DNA of 64,000 nt from Oikopleura dioica. Taxonomy: Eukaryota; Animalia; Chordata. The stretch is from NCBI GenBank assembly GCA_907165135.1, contig OU015569.1, positions 5,936,769 to 6,000,768 of the forward strand, written 5' to 3'. The position numbers were made by a program, and so were the translations under genes. Of the stretch, positions 1 through 11,129 are shown piece by piece. The notes beneath the pieces are model-generated. The model saw only the letters and a list, made by a program, of their open reading frames with translations. It was not told where the DNA came from and did not search any database. Within the stretch, counting starts at the first letter, position 1; every line of letters begins with the position of its first letter.

Positions 1-1289
1 CAATAAAACAAACCTAGATATGCAGCGTTATAAAAACTTATTAAAAATTCATGTTCCTGGGAGAATATGGCCGGAGAATTGTTGCGGGAAGAGATTCACT
101 TTGTTTTTCTAATTTTAAACTAATGAATAAGAAATGATCTCCACAAACGAGAGCAAATATCTCGTTTTTAACAAGTTCCAATATAACAAGTATTTTTTAT
201 TCGATCGTAGTTTTTTTTTCTTCTCAAAACTGGAGCTCTCAAAAAATATCGCTCTCTCCCTCTCTCTCTTTTTCATTTTTTTCTCTGTCTCTCGTTTGCT
301 TTACGCCTTTTTACAAGCGCGTGTCTGAAATTCAAAATTTGAATCTTCCTCGTTTGCTCTATCGGCTCTTAAACTTTTCCCTCTCTCAAAAAAAAAACGC
401 AAACAGGGCTAGCGACCCAAAAAAAAAACGGTTTTGCTGCAACAGGAGCGGGCAGCCGATCAATCGAGTCGATCGCCACTTGACCAGGAGCCGATCTCTC
501 TTGCCCGCTTCAGCGCGTCCTCCGTCTGCCACATTTCAACCTTCCAATTCCAGTTAAATTAATGAACGCTAAGCGTGATAAACTTTTAGCGAGGCAAAAG
601 TTCAAAAAGGAAATAGATTGGTTTTTTTCGGTCTGGCAGACTGATGAGCTTTTTGAACGCAAATAGTCGCTGCACGGTTCTCTTCCTTGATTCCGAAGAA
701 GGGGCTCTGGTGTATTTTTTTCTTTGGAAAAGTGTCACAATAGTTTTTGGAAAATAAGAATTGTGCCCGATTCGACAGGGTTTGGGCGATCTGGGCTGGA
801 AAGAGCGTGGGCAAGGCGGGATCTCTTGGGAGAGGGCCGTCGACAGAACAATTCTCTTTTTTGATTTCTCAACCGTCATTCGCAGTACGATGCTTTTGAC
901 TTGAATAATGAAACGAATGTGACTCCAAGTCTCAGCAAATCCATTTCGTTTGCTTCGCTACATTTTAAAATGTCTTTCTAGCGAATTTCTTGAACAAATT
1001 CTAGTCCTAACCAGACGATAAATTGTCATCTTCGGTCAGACTATTTAATCGATAAGTTTGTTTTTCTAAATAATCTAATCAATAAGTTGCAACAAGCAAT
1101 TAAATGCGAAAAATGAAAAATGGCCATCAATCAATACGAACTTCTCAAATATTCGACCGACGCAGCTTGATGCGAGCCCCTGCCGCTTATTTTCACACGA
1201 AGGGAAGAAGTCCTTTCTTGGGTATTCCCTTTTAAAACTAGCCATCGTAAAAATATATCACTCAAATAAAATTCCAGATCTGCTCAAAT

Positions 1290-2283
1290 ATGGCGTCATT
1301 TATTTCTGATTTCGCTGGATTATTAAGCAGCGCCGTTTCGCTGGTCATCGGGCAGTAAATTATGATTATAAAAGAATATGCAGGCGGTCGAGGAAGAGCC
1401 ATTATTGAGAAAATGTTGGTCCTAAATGAGAGCTACAACGACCCTTCTTTCTCAGTTACACCAGGTAGAGAGACGAGCAATCAAATGAATGATAGAGTTA
1501 CTTTTTCTTCGAAGACTTCTGATTATCAGTAAACTTTGCTTCAAATAGGAAACGCAGTACCCTTTTCTTCGAACACCCACCCAAATTATGCGATATGCAA
1601 GATCCAGAACGAGCAAGGTTACCACCATGAGTTTGATACTATGAACGCGCTTGCCTGGGTCGAGTGCTTCTTGCCGGTTTTTCTATGGGTTGGGAATTGT
1701 GTTTTCAACGGCGAAGGTGATAGACGATTCAAATTAGCTGGAACAGCGCTCTGTGGACTTCTCTCGCTCATTGCCGGGCCAATGTATTTAACTTGGTTTT
1801 ATCAATGTAAGTTCTGCAAACCTTCATCCACCAATGCTTTTTAAGGCCCACAAATCGGCTCCAATAAGCCAGTAAAGATGCAAAGGTGCTTCAAAGCGCA
1901 CGTATCTCTATGTCTAGGCTGTGTCATTCTAGGCGCGCTCGCTGTTGTCCAGGATCGGAATTAGTTGCAAAAATCTAAATTTCAAAGAAATTCAAAACAT
2001 ATTCCTTGGAAGGTTGTCTTTACGTTCTTAGGTGTGCTGATGTGCGCTGACTGTAAAGCAGGCTTCCGCCTCAAGGCCCTCTTTGGTGCAATCTTCATGT
2101 AAACAAGTAAAACCATAAAAATCATCAACTAACGAATTCAATATTTTCCGTAGTTTGCGCATTGGTCACTTTCATTCCTCTTGGATCCGTCGCTCTCGGC
2201 TGGAAATACGCATTCGGTGATTGTTTAGGAGTCATGGAGTCGGAGACTGTTCTTCTCAACTGCCCAAACAATCTTCCCGTCTA
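1290..2283 (+). CDS. Putative small multi-pass (about 4 TM, PMP22/claudin-like?) membrane protein, multi-exon. Exons are about 1549-1807, 2031-2096 and 2153-2283; a possible first exon 1290-1357 (MASFISDFAGLLSSAVSLVIG) lacks a clean GT donor.
   Basis: The ORF frame ...ALAWVECFLPVFLWVGNC...KLAGTALCGLLSLIAGPMYLTWFYQ ends at a GTAAGT donor (about 1808). It continues after a ttcttag acceptor (CVLMCADCKAGFRLKALFGAIF) and a ttccgtag acceptor (ICALVTFIPLGSVALGWKYAFGDCLGVMESETVLLNCPNNLPV*). The hydrophobic segments look like TM helices. There is no recognisable family motif. Confidence 0.35.
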
Positions 2284-4677
2284 GCCTAGCTGATCATCGA
2301 AGAACGATTCATAATATTCTATTCTATCTGTCGAATGATGTTTCTTTAACTGATGATAAATGAATAAAATACCAACAAGAGCGCATAAAATTTTTAAAAT
2401 TTTAAATGATTTCCTCCGTATTCTTTGTCCCAGTCCACGCGCTTTGGTAGAATTAGAGCGTCGATTACGCCCTCAAAGTGTTACCGCTCATCCGATTATT
2501 CCCGCGTAAGAGTAACAGCTTCTTGGCTTATTGCAAAAATTTAATGAAAGTGCAATAATTCCCACGTTGGAAAATAGAAAAAAGGCGGTTTATGGAACTT
2601 TGTTGTAGAATTTATGAAAGTGCGGTTATTCGCGTTCCTCGAGATTAAATTCGATAATACAACAAGAGATTATGAGCGGCGCGGTTCCCAGTTAAAACGT
2701 ACTTATTACTTTTGAAGACGTTTGAGAAGACGGATCCCCTTCTATTTGGCGAAATCCGATAAGCCCAGTATATCGTTCTTTTCGTTAAACACATTTTCGC
2801 TGCGTCTCCATAGAGATGCGCAAATGTATTTGAACTGGCGTGAGATTCATCAATTTCTCTCTAGCAGCAGAGATAACGATGTTAATTGGCCTCAAGTGTG
2901 AATTATTTTGGAAGGTAACATCAAGTTTCTACTTCGCGTTCATTAATTCAAGTGAACGCTTGTACATTCAAAAAATATTATTTTTCCATCATCTATAATA
3001 TATACTTCTATATTATAGATTCTATAAAATAATTTTAGAATGGTTTCGACATGAAAATTCCACAAAAAGAGGTAATTTTGAATTAAGAATTGGTCGTAAA
3101 TGAAAATCATAAGCAAGCGGAAAAGCTTGGCAATAATAATACTTCTGATTAAGTTTTGCAAAGTTCTTTGACTGTTTTTCCATTTCTTTGGAAAATGAAA
3201 TTCTCTAAGCTTATTAAGTGGTTCTTGTTTTCGGGAGAAACGTTCAAAGCGCTGCGCAGAGAGATCGAGATGCATTTTCAAGTCAAAAGCTTCAGGTGTG
3301 ATTTCAGACCAAGCTCAAACCAGTTACCCGATTATTAAGACTCTACTATTACAACGACGAGGCGCAGGAAATGGCCTAGCAAACATCACCGTTGTTTACG
3401 CTTTGTGTAAACAAAACGAGTAGAAAACAGCAGTCTATCTGCAGGCGCGAATCCATTTGCAAAGCTAATTTTCTGCCGAAACGATGACGACTTAGAAGGT
3501 AATTACTAATTTACTAACTAGCTCATTACCAATCACTAAACTCTGATAAGGCGGTTTTAACTTCTAGTTTTAATTTTAGAAATGATGAAGCTTGTGGAGC
3601 AGCGACGAACGCGACGAAACGCGATAAGAAAGGTAAACATCCAGCCGCGATCAAAAAATTTGCTGTTTTTATTGGTTATCACTTTGTACTGGTAAACGTT
3701 GTTTTCTGTAGCGTGCGCAAAAACCGGCTTGGTTCCATGACCTGCATCTTATAGGTAGACTAATTTTCGGAAAACAGTTTCATTCAGCGTTTGTTCTTCA
3801 GTGAAAGATGCGTATGACATGTTCGATGCTTTCGATTCCTTGGACCAAAGAGATGCCAAAATGAGAGTTTGATTCTGTAATAAAGCGAGAACTGTATCAT
3901 TGAAATTTACGCCCAGCCTTACAGTCACCATCGTGAATGAATAATGAAACAGCTCGAAACAAAGCGGGCAAAAAAACATTTCAAATGCCAAAAATATCGT
4001 GACGATGCCATGTCTTGTCGGCTTACTGCTTGGGTCGATGATTTCTATTTTCATGTTGTAGCTAAGCCAGGCAAGTTTACTCCATGCTTACGCGTCACCC
4101 TTCCAGAAAGATTCGATATTGACGCGAACGTGTTGAATCATCCTAGAAACGTTCACTTCGCTTTTGGGAGGAAGTGACGTCGAAATTGGCACCAAGTGGC
4201 TTGTCCCGACCGGTACTAAAACTACCACATCAGCGGGAGCATAAATAAAAACACGGCAAAAGTGAAACAAGCTTTTTTCGAACGTTCCTCGACAAGTGCT
4301 TGAATTGATCAAAATACAACAAACAGATTTCAACAATAATTTCGTTGTTAGTAATGATAAGGAATCGAGAATTCGTTGCTTAGAAAAAGGAGAAAAGTTC
4401 TAATAAAAATGCAAATGTAACTTCTGATCTGAAATTGATTAGCATGCGAAATCTTAAGGGCTTACACACGAAGAGCCACTTGCTTTTTTGTTGTGACCAT
4501 CTTGCAATAAACAAGGTGAGAGCACTAATAAGAACTTTTTGGTGGAGCAGAAGTAGGTGGCGCGCGGCGGATCACCAAGACCAAGAACGCGCGCAGCGGA
4601 TCTGTCGAGCAACAAATTTTTGGACTTTTTCTTCTCCCTAATCTGAAATAAATATTTTGTAAAAAGAGAAAAGTAAA

Positions 4678-4881
4678 ATGAAGCTTGGGCTGACATTTTT
4701 GGTGCTTTCGGGTTTATCCGATGCTCAGACGAAGAAAAGAGGAGGGAAATTCAAGAAGAACAAACAGCAAAAGGAAGAAGCGGCTAGGCTGAAGAGAGAA
4801 ATAAAAGCGTTTGTTTTGGGTCAATGCGTTACTGTGGCCCCTTCGAAGAGGGTTGACTGTGGGTCTGGGCTTTTGATATAG
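4678..4881 (+). CDS. ORF with a signal-peptide-like N-terminus (MKLGLTFLVLSGLSDA...). It may be the 5' exon of the downstream CCP/serine-protease gene or a separate small secreted protein.
   Basis: A hydrophobic h-region directly follows the Met, then a Lys-rich stretch. It is on the same strand as, and about 0.8 kb upstream of, the first CCP exon. No splice junction could be fixed. Confidence 0.2.
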   Translation: MKLGLTFLVLSGLSDAQTKKRGGKFKKNKQQKEEAARLKREIKAFVLGQCVTVAPSKRVDCGSGLLI

Positions 4882-5704
4882 AAATTGTTTTAGCGAGCAT
4901 CTGATAGGAAATCCGTGATTAACGATTGGCGTTTGTTTGAATTGAAAGCCCTCTAAAGTTATGAAGGTATCTCGATTGATCGGTGCCAAGCTCGAGGCTG
5001 CTGCTGGGACGACGGCGCAGGAAGCAACGTTCCTTGGTGTTTCCACGGCAAAAGGAGCGGTCATGATTTTCCCGTCTAAGTAACAAAATTTTAATCGGTG
5101 GTTGTAGCCTAAACAGAGAACCCTAGAAATTGCTAAATTATTAGAGCGCGTTTTATTTGCAAGGAAACAGAGAATTAACTCGTTCTGCGGGAAATTAGCT
5201 TTCGGAAAAATTGAGATCCAATTACAGTTCAATGGATAACGCTGTCGACTTGGCTCGTTTAGTGCCACAGAAGTCAACGTGTTCTGGAGACGCGAAACAG
5301 GAACTGGGGACGGACGTGAACAACGCACAATTGCGGGATCTATTTCGCAGATTATCTCGTTTCACCGATCATAGATTAGCCATTTTTAATGTTTTTAGGA
5401 TATTTGCAAGCATCGAAATATTCGGAATGTTATATTCTGCGAGGGCCAAAAAGATACTCAACCATTAGTTACTTCTTTTCAGCTAAATTGTGAGAGAGTC
5501 ATTTTCTGGCAACTGTCGTAATGAGTCTGTAATTGAGCGTCCAGCTGCAAATTTAAAAAAGGTTCATCCCAGCTAAAGCGCAAAAACTGCGGCTGGAATC
5601 GAATAACGCCTCAAGAATGCGAATCGATCGGTTGCTGCTTCGACGACTCAGTCCCTCGTGTTCCATGGTGCTCATACAAGCAGCCAGATAAAAACCGACC
5701 AATT

Positions 5705-7868
5705 TCGAAACTTACACCGAAAGTTGCTCCACTCTTTTGCGAGAAGCCGGACGTGGTCGGAAAGACGGGCTACAATTACGCCTGTACAGATGGATTTAGG
5801 CAGGATTCGACGTGCACAATAACCTGCGCTAATGGGCTCTCCGGAATGGGACGAGCGTGGAAGATCACGTGCGAAAGCCCGCAGAGAGGATGGATCGGCG
5901 AGACTCCATCGTGTGACCGTGAGTGTGATTTTCCCTTTCGCGCGGCTCATACTGATTTCAGCCGTGTTCAAACTGCCAAGCAAGACGGAACGCTCAATGT
6001 CTCGCTCTGTGAAAGCCACTCTCAAGCTACAAGCGCTTATTCGCCATAGATACATAACCGGTAATTTCCAATAAAAGCAACATTTGAGCGTTTCTCGTTC
6101 ACGACTTGGTGTTTGGTTAAGAATTGACTTAATAACTTTTTCAGCTTCGAAATGCTACTTCCCGCCATCGCCAGCGAACGGAATCAGAACATGCTCACGA
6201 GTTGCTTCCGTTTTCCCTGGATCTGGTTATGATTATCAGTACGTTTGCACATTTGCATGCGACGAAGGTTATCAGTTACAAGGGGCACAGCAGCGCTCAT
6301 GTCCAAGCAATTTCGGGAATAAAGCATCTTGGACGCACGCTTCTCCTAAATGTGTCAAATATGCTCCTAATACAGGATCAGGCTTCAATTCCATATTTTG
6401 AGAATTACTTGAGATATTTTGTTCGAGAAAAAATTTATTGAAGACAATTCAAGAATCTCGCTGGTTTGAAAAGAATGCTGGATGCCCAGGACTCGAGCGG
6501 CCAGATAGCCGAACGGAGATCAAATGCGAGCCCAGCCCTGTCTTTGGGAAGTTGAATTGCGAGGCTTCTTGTCCCGCGGAGTTCTTACGAGTAGTAGGTG
6601 CTCCTCGCCTTTTCGAGTGCTCCAAGAATCTCAAAGATCCGCGCCCAATTGTGCCAGTCTGTGCATCTGGGTATTGCAGCAAATTCCCGATGCCAGAGAA
6701 TGGGACTGTCAACTGCACGAGATCCGAAATGGACGGCTCGGTTTGTACCGTTTCATGCAACGGCGGATTCAATTTGATCGGCGAAAAACAATACAGATGC
6801 AACAGAGTCAATTGGATGCAGACTTCTAGCAACACAAAAATGGAAAACGAGCCTCAGTGTGTATACGAGGAACTCTTTTCTGAGGGCGAATGTTCACTGC
6901 GGCGCTCTGCCACGACAAGAATTTTTGGCGGGTCGGCAGCATCCGAGAAGGATTTCATGATCACAATTCGATACGGGGAGCATTTCAAATGTGGAGGTGT
7001 CATGATCGCTGATCAGTGGGCTATTACTGCAGCCCACTGCGTGCAAGGTAATAAATTGTCGCTTTTTGAAAAGGAGTTATTACTAATAACTCCCTTTCAA
7101 AGCCTGGTTTTGATTTGAAATCTAGGTGCATTTGGACGTATTCACGTTCACCACGACTCACGAAATTCGAAAGACCTCGGCCCGGAAGTGTCTGTCGAGC
7201 GCATTGTCACTCATCCAAACTTTAATCGGAGATCGCAGCACGATATCGCGCTTATCAAGCTTGTGGAGCCTCTCTCTTCAGCCGACATCGTCTGTCTTCC
7301 TGAGCCGGAGTTCAACCTGCCTAACGGAGAAATTGTACAAGGTCTGTTGGCTACTCGTCAAGAGTGAAAAACTGATTGTATTTGATAATCATTTAATCTA
7401 ATTAAAAATTAAGCGTATGGATACGGAAAAACGTCATCCTCTTCAGGAAGCCATGCGACGGGACTCCAGATGGGCCGAATCGAGTACATTCCGCCGAGCG
7501 AGTGTGGCTTTATTAGAAAACGATTCGACTATGAGAATTTATTCTGCGGAATGTCACCAGCTGACACATGCGACGTAAGACCTATGCAAAGGAGACAGTA
7601 GCGCATTCTCAACCCCAATAAAATTTCTTTGCCACCTCAGCTTGGTTAGCGTTCTAACACACTTTTAGGGCGATTCTGGGGGGCCAGTTCTATTCAGAAG
7701 TGGATCAAGTTTCAAACTCGTCGGCATTGTTTCCTCCGGAATTTGCGAAAGTAAAAATCCAGGTTTGTTTATAAATCATGAGTTAAGTTCCAGAGAAACT
7801 TTAGGATTGTACGTGCGCGTGTCGAAATTCATCCCCTGGATTCACGAGACGATTTTCTCTCAGCAGTA
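5705..7868 (+). CDS. Secreted multi-CCP (sushi) domain trypsin-like serine protease (complement/clotting-factor-like architecture), multi-exon. Hand-derived 3' exons are about 6440-7049, 7125-7351, 7436-7579, 7668-7770 and 7812-7868.
   Basis: Sushi/CCP signatures: CEKP...YACTDGF...CTITCANG...WKITC...PSCD (5740-5910), CYFPPSPANGIRTC...YQYVCTFACDEGYQLQG...SWTHASPKCV (6146-6366), and two more Cys-framed CCP-like units in 6470-6850. The protease domain carries RIFGG...CGGVMIADQWAITAAHC (His of the triad), DIALIKL (Asp), and GDSGGPV...LVGIVSSG (Ser). Donors include GTGAGT and caag|gtaata; acceptors include tctag|, cttcag| and ttttag|. The stop TAA is at 7866-7868. Confidence 0.85.
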
Positions 7869-8060
7869 AATTTGGCTGAAGAGCGATGAACACGACCCTT
7901 TGACCGTCTTTGTAAATTTCTTCTTATTCGTAAAATGATAAATACACGTTTATGCACATAAATCAATTTGTTCTTTTCTTAACGCGGTATTTGTGTTCTG
8001 GGAGCGGCCCTGGTGATTGACCTCGGATTCAGCTCTAGAACGTGTTCAAAAAAAGAGAAA

Positions 8061-10452
8061 ATGAAACTATACTTAGCGCTGTGTGCGCTTTCAGACACTA
8101 TTCTAGCTCAAAGTTGTCCTGGAGGCTACTTTTGTATAGGAGGAACTGCACAGGCTTGTTCGAAAGGTTTTTATAGAGGACCAAATGATCAGCAGAATAA
8201 ATGTCTATTGTGTCCCCCTGGAACTTATTGCCCTAACACAGCCACTGTTTATCCGCTTACGTGAAGGGATGATAAAAACACTCTCTGTAAGATGAGTTTG
8301 ACGAGCTTTGAATCCCACTAAAGTGTCCTGGAGGCTATTACTGCTTCGAGCAAACAATAATTCCGCTTCCCTGTTCAAAGGTTTGATTATCACTTGATCC
8401 AGCTACAAACAAGTGTTTAGGGAAATTATTGTCCGGAAGGATTTTGGAGGGAATTTCCTTGTATCCCTGGAACATATGCAGATCAGGAAATCATGGCATC
8501 GTGCAAGAGCTGCCCTAGAGGAAGCTTTTGCCCCCTCGAAGGTTTGTTTTAAAAGCAAACTAACTTGTCAATTAAAGTTTATCAAAGGACAAGTTAATCC
8601 AGTTCAATGTCAAGCTGGATTTGTGAGCGAGCAAGGGTCAACTTCTTGTTCCAAATGTCCGGACGGTCATAAATGCGCAAATGGAATTGATTCAGGAGTT
8701 TGCCCGGCTGGGGGATTCTGTGATCAGAACGGAAGATATACTTCTTGTCCAGGAAATAGTTTAAATCGTGCTATATCTAGTTCTATTTCATCAAACTTTC
8801 AAACTCTTCAGCGGGAACATACAATCCGAACACGTCTGCAAGTTCTTCTTCTTACTGTATTATTTGTCAAAAAGGGTAAGCATTGTATTAGCCATATATC
8901 ATGAAAAAGGCAGAGAGTAAGCAGAGAATTGAGACGAAAACAACAGTTCCCAAAAGCCACTGAAACTCTGGTTCTAAAATCTCGAAATTTTTATAGTTAG
9001 AAACTCTTGAACCAGTGCCCAAAGCCAGAATTGAAAGAGTCCTTTCATCGGCAAATCGTACATCAAGTTTTCGCTTTCCACGTTTTCAACATATCGGACC
9101 TGTTCTTCGAATGTTTCGTTGAATTCGAACCTTGAAAATGTTGATTTACGCAACGAAAAAACAAACTATAGGGCTAATGCTGGTGTTTCTGGTTGATTGA
9201 CGACCGCTAAGTCTCAACGATAGCCCTCTTCACCTTTGAATCACGTCGCTGAGTGCACCTGTAATGAGTTGTACTCTTTGATATTCTGATTAAATTTGGT
9301 TAAACATGAGTATCTCTCTCTTTTTTGTAACCCTTAGCGGAAAGCTGTAAAACTAAGATCATCATAGTAATGCTTTTTAGATGGGTTGATATCTTCAAAA
9401 TTCGTATGTTCCTCTTAGTTATCAACCCCCACTGGACAGGACAGCGCTTCCCATTTTTTTCTTCTTTCTCTTATTGATTCTACTTGAAAATAATAATGAA
9501 ACTGCTTTCGATATAAAATATTGCGAGTGATGGCACTTTTTCGGGATTTAAATCTGAGCAGGGGCAGTTAACAGTTCGTAGAAACTGTTCCGGGGCCTCA
9601 TAAAGCATTTCCTCAATTGCCCTTTTCTAGTTTCGCTAATTTCAGAACTTACTGCCGAGCTGGCTCAATTTCACCTACTTCATGTCGAGAAGGATCTTAT
9701 CAGCCGAAACTCGGTCAATCGCGATCGTATGCTTGCAAAAACTGTCCAGCTGGCAGTTATTGCCCAAGAAGTGGTTTGGCAAGTGCAATTCCCTGTCCTG
9801 ATGGTTTTGTATGTCCAAGCGGAACAGTAGATCTGGGCCAAGCAAAAAGACAATGCCCAAGAGGATACTTCTGCAGAGGAGGGAGAAAAAAGTCGAAATG
9901 TCCGAAAGGCTCTTATCAGGAACCAGTTTGATAAATTTTCGAGCGAATAAAATACAGATTTTCAAAACTTAATGAAAGGATGAGCAAGCACAAAGTTCCT
10001 GTAAAAACTGCCCAGTCGGGCGTTTTTGTCCGAAAGCATCCGTTGACCCTGTTAGTTGCCCAAAAGGAACGTTTTCGAATTCGTTGAACTTAACGTCGAT
10101 TCATGACTGTCAATGGTGCCCAAAAGGAAAGTACTGTCTCGGACGAGGCTTGAACAAGCCAACTGGGAACTGCCAGCAAGGCTTTTTTTGTCCTGGGAAG
10201 AGTTTTTTACCGTCTAGTAGACTCTGTCCAGGTAACAAGTTAACTTGAGTTTTGGGTTTTTAAATTTTTCTAGCTGGTCATTACTGTCCGACAGGAACAA
10301 AACTACCTATACAGTGTCCGCGAGGAACCTACAACAGGAAAACAGGTGAAAAAAGTATCTCCTCCTGTCTGAAATGCGCTGACGATTTATACTGCAACGA
10401 GCGTGCTCGTGTCCGGCCAACTTACAGGCAGGAGCTTTTAGATTTCAACTAA
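8061..10452 (+). CDS. Secreted cysteine-repeat protein with many GCC2/GCC3 / ephrin-receptor-like (TNFR-type Cys-rich) repeats, multi-exon.
   Basis: An N-terminal signal peptide MKLYLALCALSDTILAQS is followed by iterated C-P-x-G-x-(Y/F)-C and CxxCPxGxY(C) units. Examples are CPGGYFCIGGTAQACSKGFY...CLLCPPGTYCP, KCPDGHKCANG...CPAGGFC, CKNCPAGSYCPRSG...CPDGFVCPSG...CPRGYFCRGG, CKNCPVGRFCP...CQWCPKGKYC...CQQGFFCPG and AGHYCPTGT...CPRGTYN. Exons are separated by short introns. Confidence 0.7.
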
Positions 10453-11129
10453 TTATTGCCTCTTTCTGCGGAAATATTTTCGTGAGATTTCAAAAAGTCC
10501 TGAAAAGTATATGGTCGACGTTCAGAAGAGCAGCAAATTATCCCTTTCCCGAAACATATCCCTGGCCGAATTAGATTTTCACATTTTATTTTTATCGAAG
10601 ACAGGAAATAAATTCAAAATACAAAATGTCTGTCTTCTTTGAGACTCTTTAGTTCACCGGAGGCAGTAGTAGTTGTGTCTTGAGAATGGCGCTACTCTAG
10701 CTCTAGGAAGCCGAATAAAAGGAGATTCCGGAATGAGGCAGAAAAGGTAAACTAGTTTTACATAGATGGTATTGATTCGTTTGTAAAATTGGAGAATCTT
10801 TTGTCCCCCATTTCACTGTCGACATGTAAAGAGATTGAAAGAGATTAACTTGATATAATTAGTGTTGTAGATTTAGGTTAAGGCTGCGTCTAAGCACTCC
10901 AATAAGTGAAGTCCTGGCACTTCCTTAACCTACTGCTACAGCATTCTAATCGACAAAAAAAGAAGATAAATTATCTTCGATAATTTTAAAAACGCGGATT
11001 TCACCGTAGGTTTCGCGAAGAGCGACTCCGCAATAACTCTTAGATTCGCTCTTTGAGAAGCTTATTTTGATTCCCGCCTGTTCGGCATTTGTGAATTATA
11101 GAATTTATTACAGTCAGTATCTATACCAA

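Noticed and set aside
4714-5328. A 204-aa minus-strand ORF.
   Set aside because: It has no motifs, it overlaps and is antisense to the signal-peptide ORF, and it has no splice context. It is likely spurious.
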